From: Macrostomum lignano
Taxonomy: Eukaryota
Assembly (NCBI GenBank): GCA_002269645.1
Contig: NIVC01002418.1
Location: forward strand, 1-64,000
Reading direction: 5' to 3'
Length of the DNA stretch: 64,000 nt
Shown here: piece by piece, positions 12,308-25,256 of the stretch
Layout: each line of letters starts with the position of its first letter
Numbering within the stretch: position 1 is the first letter of the stretch
Notes under the pieces: model-generated
Database searches by the model: none
Told to the model about the DNA's origin: nothing
The model's input: only the letters and a program-made list of their open reading frames with translations
Translations under genes and position numbers: made by a program

Positions 12308-13094
12308 GGCTCATTCCATATAAGCATGGTCGTAACATGACAGGCTATTTTTACTTATAAAATGAAATCTAATAATAGAATATACTAAACCAATATTTTA
12401 AATGAAAGTTTATTTTGTCTAGAATATATTTATAGAGTTTCATATAGATATCATCATTAGTATAGATGCTATTAAACCTTAAATGACACTTATGGTCATA
12501 ACGACAGGATTTTTGACATATAGAAACTAAAAGGTAAAAGTCTTATAACATTTTTTCATTTTTGATATTTTGCAATACATTTTTAAAATTTGACTAAGAA
12601 CATCTTTAGAAATCATACTCTTTTATTAGAATGTATAAACTCAAAAGGCAACAAAGATACAAAAGAAAAGGCAGCCTTATGGTCGTAACATTATGGTCGT
12701 AACATATTTTTTTCTGTCAATTCAGTAACTTTGAGGTACTAATACATTAAAAATATAATAGATTATTTGGTCACTAATGCTTTTATCTGATGATGCAAGT
12801 ACTATACTTTTATCTATAGTTTGTTTCAACCTTCAAAAGCTTTCTATTTGTTTTTAAAAGGTACAAAATCTTAATGATGTCTTTTGCTTCGAAAAATGTT
12901 CAAATTTTTACAAAAATGACTTTTTGCCAATTGATAACATACTAATCCAACATTTTACCATTCCTTTATTCTTAGATTGTATATATTGCACAATATAAAC
13001 ATTTGGTAAAAAAATAGGCTAATTAGGCAATGGCAAGCAAAAATATTGACTTTTTTCTATTTTCCAAATATGTCCATCTTATATGGAATGAGCC
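12308..13094. mobile_element. Non-autonomous TIR element (787 bp) with 4-bp TTAT target duplication
   Basis: Perfect 17-bp TIR GGCTCATTCCATATAAG. ttat at 12304-12307 and 13095-13098. Confidence 0.85.
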
Positions 13095-13153
13095 TTATGC
13101 TTTATATTTATACTATAGGCCTACTATATACTGTATAGTTAACTATGCTATAG

Positions 13154-15133
13154 TGATGGGTTTCGACCTTCGGGTCCCTTGTTAGGGAACCTTCGGGCCT
13201 CAGGCCTCAGAAATAAATCAATTAGAGTCCTGGCCCCCCCACTCCTGTCAGATGGTCAGCCCCATGGTAGCTTGATCGTGTGGCGAGCAGTCTAGGTCCT
13301 ATAGCTAAGAGAGGGACAGCGAGAGACAAGCAGGGAGAATTTTGAAGGTAGAAATTAGCTAATCCGCAGACTAAGCTAACTCGCTGCCACCAGCCCATGC
13401 ATCCTGGCTCACCACACCAGGACTCTCGAAATCGGGCTTCCGACTAGAAGGGGCTTTGCACTTACCTGCCAACTAGTGTCTTTTTGCTGTCAATCTCGAA
13501 GTCATAGCCGATGATAAGGGACACTGCTAGGACTAGATCGCATTGGCCATGCAGGTACAGAGGGGACTTGTGCAGGGGATTCTTGCAGTGGCAAGTCTAT
13601 GGGGTAGCTACATGTACTATTACATTGCTAAATACGAAGATATGTACTTTTGGCCTTCAACGCGCCAACTAGCCTCTCATAGCGCTGATGATAGACTAAC
13701 TCGAACTTCAGAGACTGCATGATTCATTACCCGAGCCGCTTGGCTAACCTAGAGTGCACAAAGTACATCTCTGGCGCCGATTCTGCACTTCTGGCAGTTT
13801 TGCTCACTGATTTGGTAGATTGATCGACTGAGAACTGCCTTGCCATTGGCCCACTGTGACTGGCGCCTACTAGCTTAGCTACTCATCTGAGCCATCGGCG
13901 AACAAAGAACTAAAACCGATAAAAATAACTGTCAGATTTAGCCTTCTCCTTAAATCACTTCACACCTCAGATCGAATTGGATTTTAGACTACTAGCAGTA
14001 TTATTAAGTGATTTCTGCCTCAGTAACAGCACTACTGAACAAAATGAGCAAAAGTGTGCGCCTAATTCAGCTACTGAAACAGGGGACAGATAGGGGATCA
14101 CCCAATCAAGCAAGTCTAGGTAGCCTCTCACCCAACCAATCAGAAACTCAACAGCCGAAGACCAGGTAATCCACAGTGACCGAATCGGCTTGATGCTCTG
14201 TAGCTGTAGACTCGGGATGATGCTGATACAATCTTCGCTAATAGCTAGCAGGTGATGATCTTTGCTTGATGTTCGCTGCTGACAACCGGGGGATTCGTCC
14301 TTGATGATGATGGGGGGAAGTCGCAATCCGGGGATCAAGAAACGACGGTCGCGCTCCAGGAACCAGAAGTTGCGTGCTGGACCCAAGCAAGAGTTGCGTC
14401 CGAGCGGGCCAAAAACTCCGGTTTAAATAGCCGCCAACTGGACTGCAGTTTGTTATAATGGAACACATTGATTCTGATTGGCTAAGCCGTTTTGTTAAAA
14501 TGAGCGCCAAATTTTCTGATTGGCTAAGCTTGTTGCTACCCAGAATCACGTGACCGAGAGATCCTATCAGTTCCCACAGGGTCGTAAAAAGATGACAGGT
14601 GCGGCCATAAATCACTCAAAATCGCAACAAAATGATTTATGACTTTTTGCGTAGGATTGACAGAAATTAATGAAAAAATATACATTAGAAAGCTCTAATT
14701 AAATAGAAAGTGAAGATAACGAAGAGAAATCGCTAATCCCAGAGTACTTTTACGGGTAAAACACATAGCTGTCAAAGCTGTCACATGCTTGAGTAAACAC
14801 GAACAATAGGCTTTGACCTCATAAATCTTGATGGCCTGTCAAAATGATGAGAAAAAAGCTACCGCCCGCATCCTCTCAGACCATCTGGCGCCCGCCTCAA
14901 CACTGAGTGAGGCGCAGGTGGCTGTCAGACCAGCTTTGAAAGCGATGATTAAGACCCAAAAAGTTACACCTATGTTATTATGACTACTAGTATGGCCAGA
15001 CATTATATCTAGTATAGATTCTATGACAATTTGCAGAAAAAGGATAAAAATGCCCATCGCCCACTGTTAGTAGGCTAGTAAATTTAGAGCCCATGTGCTA
15101 GCGCGGGATTTGGGAAAAAGTGCATCCTCATCA
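13154..15133 (-). mobile_element. Solo-LTR-like element, copy 2 (1980 bp)
   Basis: Termini TGATG...CATCA with 4-bp TSD ATAG (13150-13153 and 15134-15137). Colinear with copy 1. Confidence 0.85.
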
Positions 15134-16949
15134 ATAGTATATAATATAGTATATACTATAATATAACTATACAAAAAATTGTTAATTGCAATAGGGTCAA
15201 AATTGACTCAAATATATTAGTTGCAAGCCATAGTCAGGAAAGTGGCATGTGCATACCAGAATTAAATTCAGGAAAAAGTCCCTATATACATATATCCCTG
15301 TATAGTCCCTATATACTAAGTACACCAAAAATTAGAAATGTGATTGTCATGTATGCCCAAATATTAAAATTATATGACAACTTTTGCGCTGCAAGAAAAA
15401 GACTTTTTTCCATTGTTACACTTTACATTTATATGTAAACAAGCTGTTGAAACCCATAGATTTTGAACCCATTGAATTCTGATCCCTGGAACAGTTTTTT
15501 CATGCATTCTTAAATCTAAAGTCATACTCAAACAAATATTTATAAGTAGTGGGGATAGAGGTAAACAAAAATTGGAGTAAATGTGAATTAAATTAAGATT
15601 TGAGGCCTTTAAAACGTTTTTCCTTTCCTTACTCTTCTCATTCATCTCTACTTTTCTATCACTCTTCTCCTTTCTACTCTTTTCCTTCTCCTTTCCTCTC
15701 TCTTCTTTCTTATTTCCTCAATTCTCTCTCTTCTCCCTCTTCTCTCTTATCTCTCTCAACTCCTCTTACTTAGCTCTTCTCTCTTCTTCCATTTTTTCTC
15801 TCATTTTGCCTCTTCTCTGTTTGCTTATCTCTAATCTTCTATTCCCTCTCCTGTAAGGTAAGAAAATTTGCAAACATTTTTGCTGAAGATAAGAGAGGAG
15901 AAGAGGGATTGAAGAAAGAGGAGAGAAAGAGGTGGAAGAGGAGGGAAAGTGGGGAGAGGAGGGGAAGCAGGAGTGGAGGGGAAGCAGGGAGAGAGGGGAA
16001 GGGAAGATAGGGGGGAGAGGAATGGGGAGAAAAAAAGGGATAATGGGAGTGAGCAGTAATTATAAAACATGCAGAATTGATTTTGAGATAGAAATATTTT
16101 AAAACTAACTTTCCATGCCAGGATGATTTCAAAATTTAAAATTGCATATCTTTACACCTAACATTCTCAGAGAAATGAGATATATAGTATCTGATTCCAT
16201 GCCTTAAATAGCATTCATTTTAAATAGTTAAATTTATTAGCCTAATGCACTTCCTAGAAAATTTTGAGTCTATTAATCCAAGTCCCATCTTTCTACGACT
16301 TACCATTTGGGAGTCCATAGTGAATATACAGACAGACACACAGAGTTTCATAAAATTTGTTTCTGATAGTTTAAAATTTTGCTTTTGATAATGTCAGGTG
16401 TCTGTTTAATAGATCATATTTATATATAAATAAGTATATGGGGCTTGACATCCTGTTTTAATGGGAATAGGCTTAGCATATGCGGAGTAATAGTGATGTG
16501 TAATGTGGAGGAATAGGGTCATAAATATGAATTGGAATTGCATAGAATAGGATGTAGGGTAAAGGTGTAAACAATTTGCAGAGCAATAAATCATTGTTTG
16601 GGATAAGTAGAATGTGCATTTTGTGTTAAAATTTGCAAGTAGTAGGGCATATGTAAATACATACTTTTACATATATAAATACATACAGACAACAGAGCTT
16701 AAGTTAGAATAAATAGGATTTTTTACATTTCACACTATGAATGTTTATTTAATACTGTTTTTTTTCAAGTATAGGCTCTATTACTATCAAACGGAACAAA
16801 CTCTATTACTGACAGAGTTTGACTGAGCATTTTAACTATCAATGAGTTTATTTCTAGGTTTAATAATATTTATTTAATTGAATGACATAACAGATACAAA
16901 TAGCATTATATATTTGTAGGTGTTATGTAGTCATGTTAATTGTTTTCTA

Positions 16950-18310
16950 AATCCTGACTTGGCTTCTCCAATGCATCCACTTCTTCTGTGTGCTGACTTG
17001 CCTCTTTTTTGCCACTGCCATTGCTCAAGTCTTTGTTGCTGTTTATGCCACTCAAGTCTATTGAATTTAGAAGGCTGTTGTTGAATTCCTCATGCAGTTT
17101 TTCAAGGTCAGTCTGTTTTTCTGTAAGTTGTTTCTTTAGTGTCCTGTTTTCCTCCTCGACATTGTTCAGTTGTCACTTCAATGTCTGTCTCTTATTCTGT
17201 TCCTTAGCCAACAGATCGCCAAGCAGATCCTTCTTGCATTTGAGCTCTGTTGGCAGCTATTCTTTGTTCTCTCTGTGCTATTGTTTCTTCATTTCAAGCA
17301 GCTGACATTTTAGAGATGTTCTGAAAGCGAATTTTCTGTCAAAATCGAAATCAAAATTGAAATTCGCTACTTTCCGAAATTGAAATCGAAATTTTCCGAA
17401 ATCGAAATTCAGAAAAACAAAGTTTAGTACAACCGACACTCACTTTTCTACTTTCGATTTACTGCTCATACAAAACAAAATACATGTATGTTTAGCAGAA
17501 GTTCATTTTTTTCAGCCACTAAATAAGTAGAATCCCTCATTGCCACTTTAAAATGCAAAAATCTTTTTCTACGCGAAAACTACATATACTGAGTTGTACA
17601 TGTATAAAATTTACAGTTAAAATGTACATGTATTACTGCATGACTAGCAATAACTGAGATCGTGTAAACGATAGTGCATGTACATGTATGGTAAATGTAC
17701 ATATATATACTGTAATATGCGAAAAATATGCAATATATCAGCAGACGCTTTTGCAGCTTTAAAGTGCAACAAAATTTACGAAAATTTACAGTTCCACAAA
17801 CTACATCTTACATGTACTACATGCATAGAACAGTTTTAACAAATTCAAATAGTTTTACATGTAAAAATCGTAATAATATCACCGATAAAAGACAGTAACG
17901 AAGTTCTAAAAAAACTAAAATCAAATAAAAATTTCGGAAGTAGGCACTTCTGAAATTTTGACTTCCGAAATTTTTTCAAAATCAAAATTTGGTCTTAAAA
18001 AATCCGAATTTCGGAAAATTGAAATCGAAATTTCGGAACATCTCTGTGACATTTGAGCTCTGTTAGTAGCTAGTATTTGTTCTCTCTACACTATTGTTTC
18101 TTCATTTTGAGCAGCTGATGTTTAAGCTCTGTTAGCAGCCTGTCTTTGTTTTCTCTGTGTTATTGTTTCTTCATTTTGAGCAGCTGACCTTTGAGCTCTG
18201 TTAACAGCTTGCCGCTACTCTCTTGCTTCTTCTAATTTGTTATCTCTTGCCTGTCTAAGCCTTCTAGCAGCTTCTGATATCCTTCCTAGAGTGCCCTTTT
18301 TGGTAGGCAT
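16950..18310 (-). pseudogene. Decayed coiled-coil-encoding reading frame with internal repeats, interrupted by a hAT MITE
   Basis: Minus strand reads ...ELKCKKDLLGDLLAKEQNKRQTLK*QLNNVEEENRTLKKQLTEKQTDLEKLHEEFNNSLL..., with several in-frame stops. Repeated acagagctcaaa/cagctgctcaaaatgaagaaacaa units continue on both sides of the MITE. Confidence 0.55.
17311..18046. mobile_element. hAT-family MITE (736 bp)
   Basis: TIR (T/C)AGAGATGTTC. Perfect 8-bp TSD tgacattt (17303-17310, 18047-18054). Subterminal gaaatcgaaatt repeats. Confidence 0.9.
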
Positions 18311-19099
18311 GAAAGCTAAGCTATCAAGAACTTTATTCTATATCAGTTGTTGTCTGGGCCTATATAAGTGTAGTCTTAAGGAAAAAAGTTAACTTCAAAC
18401 TTCAAGTGTGCATTAATAAAGCAGTGGTAAATGCTATTTAATGTTAGCATTCTATGTATGTGTAGCTGGTTTTCTTAGCCTCAGCCAGAAGGAAATCAGC
18501 CATAGACATAGCTTTTAGTCCCTACGAGCAAAAATACATTACATATTAAGATAAGTAGCCTATCTTTTTGCCAAACTGATCATTTTCTTTCATTAAAAGA
18601 TATATTCATATAAACTAAAAATTCACTTTTGCTAAAGTATTTTTTGCCAAAAATTCCTTCACTAAAATGGGCTACCTCCCATCAAATGAACTATGAAGGG
18701 CTAATATATATGGTAACTTTTAAGCAAAAAGGCTATCTACCTGACTATGGCTTGCAAGATATCTAATTAGGTTCTTGACTATATAATATAATTGTATAAT
18801 AAAAGTATTGACTGAGGCCTATTGGTCTTATTTTGCAATCAAATAATTTATGCTTAACATTTTATGCAAAATCAGACTTTTTTAAGTTTTTTTAAACATT
18901 TTATACTTTCTTTCTTGCTTCATTTTTGCTAGGCCTAATATGACTTGGCACAAATCACAGATTGCCTTACTATTCAATTTTTTTAGTATCTTATATAATA
19001 TATTACTACTTTACTCAAAGTATAAGCCTCTAGTTTCAATCATTTTGTTTAGATAATCTTAGTCTAAATCAAATACAAAATGTATATACAAGATAGTCT

Positions 19100-20484
19100 T
19101 AAGGCTTTGCTTGCCATTCCTGTTAAACACCATAAGATGGTAGTACACACAATAATCTAGCAACATCTGCTTTCAAAGAGCACAACAAATCACTGATTAA
19201 GGACATTGTGGTCCTTTCCACATGTTTTTATGCAGCAAAGAATGGTGCCTTCTTCCCAGCTTCTACCATCAAGGTAAGCAAACAACATCTCAATGTGGTG
19301 GCCAACTAAAAAGGTTAGCCAGCGACAGTTGGGCATCCTTATCTTTATCCAGGTGGGTATCATCATTGCCATGCACTTGTCTTCTGTGCCCTTATCCGCT
19401 GCACACTCATCCACCTCAACCTTGGTTGCCATGCCCTCATCCACTGCGGCTTTGCCTAAGCCCTGGCTCAGTGTTAGTGCCATGGGCAGCGCCACAAGTA
19501 GTACTATTAGCAGTGCCACGGCCGATGCCTTGGGGTGGCACCTAAGCCCTGGCTCAGTGTCAGTGCCATGGGCAGCGCCACAAGTAGCACTATTAGCAGT
19601 GCCACGGCCGATGCCTTGGGGTGGCACCTAAGCCCTGGCTCAGTGTCAGTGCCATGGGCAGCGCCACAAGTAGCACTATTAGCAGTGCCACGGCCGATGC
19701 CTTGGGGTGGCACCTAAGCCCTGGCTCAGTGTCAGTGCCATGGGCAGTGCCACAAGTAGCACTATTAGCAGTGCCACGGCCGATGCCTTGGTGTGGCACC
19801 TAAGCCCTGGCTCAGTGTCAGTGCCATGGGCAGCGCCACAAGTAGCACTATTAGCAGTGCCACGGCCGATGCCTTGGGGTGGTACCAAGGCCATGGCAGC
19901 CAGGGGCCAGGATGCTACACTCATTAGTAGTCAGCTTATGAAGCCGTAACTGGGCAACCACTGCCTTTTCCTGCTCAGTTGGCGTCAGGGCATCCAGGGA
20001 CTTGCTCACCATCTGGCTCACCATAGACCAAAGGCCACCGTAGAAGCCAACGTCCGCACTCTTGATGTGCAGGTTTGCCACTGGCAACTTCCTTATGCTG
20101 CTTTTTGGAGAATTGCACTCTCAGCAGCTCTTGTCTGCACTGGTGTAGGGCAGCAGCATTGTCTTGTTACTGTTTCTCTATCACTATGGTGATCTTCTGC
20201 GCCCTGGCGATCAGCATGCTCCATTGCTCCTCCAACTTGGCAGCCATCCACTTGGAAGTGCCATTCTAGCCAAATAAAACGACAGCTTCATGGCCTTGTC
20301 CAGCTTTTTCAGCTCTTGCTGGACACTAAGTGGCAACTCGAAAGGAGACTCCCTATATATTGTCGTAGGATTGCCCACCCTTATATGTCTCCTTGTAGTA
20401 GGCACGCTGGAAATTCTATGCCTCTACTTTTACTCTATCATATGCAGCATGCAGCAAACTGGTGCAAGAGAAGCTGCTTTGCTA
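19100..20484 (-). pseudogene. Decayed reading frame(s) of unknown family, continuing at 26981-27036 across the CACTA insertion
   Basis: Joining the flanks over the TA TSD gives ILRLYGDEARFLSLAKQLLLHQF. Protein-like stretches with multiple stops follow (..KWMAAKLEEQWSMLIARAQKITIVIEKQ*..; ..FYGGLWSMVSQMVSKSLDALTPTEQEKAVVAQLRL..). Confidence 0.45.
19455..19885 (+). repeat. 86-bp tandem repeat, ~5 copies
   Basis: Unit ctaagccctggctcagtgtcagtgccatggg...gccttggggtggcac with period 86 (e.g. 19541 vs 19627). Confidence 0.95.
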
Positions 20485-21074
20485 CACTAGACGAAAAAAA
20501 TTAAGAAAATTGTAATTGAAATTGCAATTTAATTGTTTAAAATTGCAATAAAAATGCAATTATTACAAGTATAAATTGCAAGACGAATTGTAATTTTAGC
20601 AATTTTTGAAATTTAAATTGCAATTATTGTAATTTTTTATGCTTTTAGTTGTAATAAATGTAATTTTCCTAATTTAATTTTTACAGGCTATCGAGCCAAA
20701 TTCCAAAGTGATGTAGCTAAAGTTTTTCTTGTAGACTATATAAATTCCAACATATTTAATATAAATCTTAATATGTTATGGAACAATTTTTCTTTTTTTG
20801 TAATAAGTACATAATAAACACGCTTGAACTCCTGAAAAACCAGATGAATTTAATTACTGTTAAATACCATTTTAGTGCAAAATAACTGCATTTTTCCTGT
20901 AGCATTGTGACATTTATTTGAACATACTTATGTAGAATAACTAACTAGACAGTAATATTAAGACTGTGCACTAACAACAACACAAACAAAATAAATAGAA
21001 TAAAAATTGTTATATTATTTATTATAAAAAACACTGTAGCGATTGGTTAAAAAACAAAATTGGAAAATGGCTGT

Positions 21075-21455
21075 TTGGCACGCTTTGGGAGCAGGTTGCA
21101 TCTGCAAGAAAAGGACAATTAGAAAAATCGGCGCTTTTAATAAGGGTGTACGTTTACATTAACAAATTGCAGCACAATATAAACAAAAAAAATACACTTT
21201 GATTTAAAAAACATTGAAACAAGCAATTAAACGCTAGAGATGCAATGGCACGCTTTGGGAGCAGGTCGCATCTGCAAGAAGAGGACAATTCTAAGAAAAA
21301 TCGGCACTTTTAATAAGGGTGTACGTTTCCATTAACAAATTGCAGCACAATATAAACAAATAAAAAATACACTCTGATTTAAAAAACATTGAAGCAAGCA
21401 ATTAAACGCTAGAGATGCAATGGCACGCTTTGGGAGCAGGTCGCATATGCATATG
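21075..21455 (+). repeat. ~170-bp tandem duplication (2+ copies) in the CACTA 3' region
   Basis: tggcacgctttgggagcaggt recurs at ~21077, ~21246 and 21421. Confidence 0.85.
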
Positions 21456-21764
21456 CAAGAAAGGGTAAGAGACTAATTATATAAAAATAAAAAAATGGCT
21501 AAATAGGTTGTTTAAATTACTGTAGAAATTAAATGACTAAGTAAAAACAAAAAACACAAAACAAAACAAAAAGTACTGTTGCAATAATTGAGCTTAGTTG
21601 TTAAAGGCTGCAGATAGTAGAAGTGTGTACAATATAAACTTGTAATTCAGGTAAACTTCGAAAAAGGATGAAGTAAAACTAGTGTTTCACCGTCATGACA
21701 GTTACGATCAAAGGCAATAAAAAAGTCATTACAGTGGAAAACTAATAAAAACTGCTTCATTTAG

Positions 21765-22784
21765 TTAGTCCTTTTTGCTACTACAGATGTCACGAAGGTA
21801 CTGATTCATACTAGCTTCCACTGCAGACCATGAGCAGTTTGGAAAGCGAGCATTTACAGCTTTGTACACATCTTCGTACTCGGATGGTAAAAACAGCTAT
21901 CGTTTGGTTGTTCTTTTGCTTGATAGCAAGCGACCCTTGAGGGCTTGTTTGCCATGAACAATGGTAACAAACTTTCGAGCAAATGAATTAGGATCGCTGC
22001 AAGTAATTGATCCTAAGTCGATTGTTTGCCCATTGTAGCAGGTAAATTCGGCTGCATTCTCCATGTGAACAGGGTTTGCCACTTCCTGTTTTTCTAAAAA
22101 TGCTACCAGTAGTCGATTCGTTTGCTTTTGTTCGCAAAGCAATTGTTTCATGATGTCAAGCATACTTGTGTTGAAGTCAGCTGGCTGAATAGACCTGTTG
22201 GGTGTTTTTTCTACAACAGTTGAAGAACTTTGAGACCCTCTTTGAGTTGGGGTCTCATTTGGCTGAGCATCTCGAAGAGCATTTAGCTTGGCAGCTTCTC
22301 TGACAGTGGCACTAGATGATGCCAGACTAGGCAGTTGTTGACGAGGTCTCTTGGTGGCTGATGCACCAACATAAGCACTAGTATCAGCATCTGAGCTCTC
22401 ATCAGAGTCTGATGTATCTGATTGGATAGTCAGATTCTCTGTGTTGTCAAGGTTAATTCGCATAACGGTGTCGGTATCAACAACTTCTAAGTCTTCAAGT
22501 GCAGTATCAAGCAGTTTTGATGCATTGACAAGCTTGGCCATAGGACCTCGGGCCAAAAGCATAGCCTTTTCTCTTTTGTTCCCATTCTCTATTTTTACCT
22601 CTTGCCCCTTTGTCATCCTAGCCTTTGTGTCTGGCGGAATAGATTGCAGTGCAGCAGCATTATAGGAAAATGCTTAAGAGTAGGTTCCAGTTCCAGAATA
22701 CCAAAATAAAAAGAAGTCACTGCACGACGGCTCATTTTGAAATCTGGTAACTGATTTTCGGTGACGACTTGCAGAATCCATTTG
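21765..22784 (-). pseudogene. CACTA second gene with a C-terminal BEN-like domain; two in-frame stops (22674-22676 TAA, 21897-21899 TAG)
   Basis: Reading through the TAG gives NSFARKFVTIVHGKQALKGRLLSSKRTTKR*LFLPSEYEDVYKAVNARFPNCSWSAVEASMNQYLRD, a BEN-like pattern (AR.L...; V...FP; NQ..RD). It follows an acidic/Ser-rich linker. Splice acceptor at 22785/22784. Confidence 0.6.
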
Positions 22785-22962
22785 CTGTAAAATAAAATTT
22801 GGAGATATTCTACTTAAGGTCACTAACTAAAGTGGATAGGGAGTTGTGTAATCATGTCTAACTATGAGTAAAAAATCTGCAGCCTTTAAATACAACTAAT
22901 ACTGCAACAAACCAGTACCAGCCAAATACAATAATAGTAAATGTCTGTAAAATTGTGATAAG

Positions 22963-25256
22963 CTACGAATGCTCAAACACTGCAGACAAAGGAGTCAAAA
23001 AAGTGTATTCATGTGCATTAAAAGTAAATGATATGGATAGACACAAAGCAATAATATTTGTGGCATCAACAAGAACATTATTTGCAGCCACGTGCTCAAT
23101 CCAAACATAAAAATATGAATGCTTCCTTAAAATGGCTAAGACATTCTCATCAACATCAGTGCCTGAAGACATGTCAATTAAATCAAGACGAGGCTTAGTG
23201 GCAAAAATATTGACACAAAAGTATGTGTTACCATCATCTTGTTGAAAAGAATTAATGACACCATATTGTTTTCGCCCATTGTATGTAAAGTGACAAAAAT
23301 TGTTACATGAATTCCTGGCATGCTTATATGCATTAGAATGATAAACAAAACCATTTAGGAAACAACGGCCTTCATCAATAATTTTAGGAACTGTAGAAAA
23401 ATGGGGCACAGATAAAAGGTTTTTAGCAACACTTGGAATATTGTTAGGATTAGACATAAATAGTTCATACAGTGTTTTATAAAGCATTAACTTTTCTGCT
23501 ATTTGACCACCATGACCACGTGTTCCAGACATAAACTGTTTGATTTCAACAAATCTTGACTCAAAGGAAAACATAGAATAGTTAGACATTGCTCCATTGC
23601 TTTTTAGGATGTCTTTTAAATGAGTAAGTAAATGAACAGACAAGGTAGAAAATCTTTTTCCATATATAGCCTCAATGTTAGTAACATAATACATTACAAG
23701 TATATCAAAATCTTCTAAAAGCAGCCGAACATTTGTTTCATTTGCAATCTGACAGGCAACAACCAATGTTAGAAGATGGAAAAATTGATAATTTGGCATT
23801 ATACTAAAAAATGAAAAAGGACAAACATAAAGTAAAAATGTTTTAAAGTCGTGTCCCTTCCAAGTAGACAGAGAGCAAATATTGGACAAAGTTGAAAATC
23901 CAGCTGGGTACTTGACTGCCTTTAGTACCTTTTGTACAAACTCCTTTCTTGCTGGACCTAAAGAATAACTACATTTACGACCACCTTCAAAGATGGCAAC
24001 AAATATTGACTTTGCACAGTTTTCATAAAACAGATGTAAGCCATCAATGACACAATCATCAGGTAAAGTAAAAAATTAGACAATATAGAAGTGCCCTTGA
24101 TACCAAAAACATCAACCTTAAATTGAGTGGCTAGCAATGCAAATTCAACATAATCTTGAGCAGTTTTCTTTTCATAAGGTAAGTCAGATGTTGGATACAT
24201 TCTACCAGCATGTAAACCACTACATTCAGTTGCTATTTTACAAAAAGGACAACCAAAAATACCATTAAATTGCTTAGAATTCAAGGCAACTGCTAATGCT
24301 GGCAAATCAAAGACACAACGGTAAAATAGAGGCCTAAACTTATATAATTTACCTTTAATAGTTATTTCAAAAACTTGGCCAATTGAAGTACCATTTAGGC
24401 AAATAGAAACAAATTTATCCCAGACAGGCTTAGTAGGAGATAAAAAAAGACCAAACATGATAGAACAGCAAAAGCTTGAACGGAGTGCAGGTGGTAAATT
24501 TAGTATAGTACCATTTAATGGCCAAAGTGAAAACCGCTTCTTTTTATATGGATTACTTCCATCACTTGACAAAAGAATGAAAATGTCTAAAATACCAGGA
24601 TCTGACATCAAATCTTTTTTGCTTAAAACATCCCCATTTTCAACTTGTAACTCACGAAAGTAAGCCTCAATAGCATCAATATGACAAGACAAAATTATTC
24701 TTATTTGCTCTACAATATCAAATACAAAAATTTCACTGTCTTGGTCTTGGTAAACTTTAAACATATCCCAGTACTTGCGAAATTCATTGCTTACAATAGT
24801 CTTTATGCGAGCTGTTGTTGTAACAAGAACATTAGATACACACAGAAATGATGGCAACATATGCAATAAAGCATCTAAGGCAGATTCAGAAAGATTAAAC
24901 TTAAGTGCATAAAGCAAAAAGCAAGCAGAAAAAATGAGCTCCTTGGAAAAATAGTCTTGAATTGCAATATTTTCATCATTGGAAAAAAAATCCACTAATT
25001 CATGTAGATCCAAATTTTTTACTTGGATATTTTCACTAGTAGACGTTAGTATATTTTCTTCCAGTTCCACTTGTAATCCTGTTGATTCTAATACCAACTC
25101 TTGCTTTGAAAAGGTTGATCTATTTGATGCTTCATTTGCCTGTGTTAAGTTTGATGTTGATTCAGAACTTGAAGAACTTGAAGATGACTCATCAAAAATT
25201 TCTTCAGGCTTATATTGATCTATAATATTTGTTTGCTTGATTTTCCTTTGATATGC
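22963..25256 (-). CDS. EnSpm/CACTA transposase (tnp2/Transposase_21-type core plus DUF4218-type C-terminal region); single frameshift in the A6 run at 24070-24075
   Basis: Motifs LSSDGSNPYK..SLWPLNGTILNLPP, FDLPA, GIFGCPFC, WKGHDFKTFLLY, and YG...LSVHLLTHL.....G.M..YSMFSFES. Adding one T joins the two ORFs via FFTLPDDCVIDGLHLFYENCAK. Acceptor ttttag at 25257 implies an upstream exon that I did not identify. Confidence 0.88.

Noticed and set aside
8837-15133. The two LTR-like copies as the ends of one full-length retrotransposon
   Set aside because: Each copy has its own distinct TSD, the outer flanks do not match each other, and the interval has no gag/pol, PBS or PPT.
19230-19340. Ulp1-like protease similarity in the decayed frame (WL...HIEMLFAYL)
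   Set aside because: No catalytic HW or Q..DCG motif could be found; the resemblance is too weak.
19190-19949. Series of near-identical 60-145 aa ORFs
   Set aside because: Products of the 86-bp tandem repeat, whose period is not a multiple of three.
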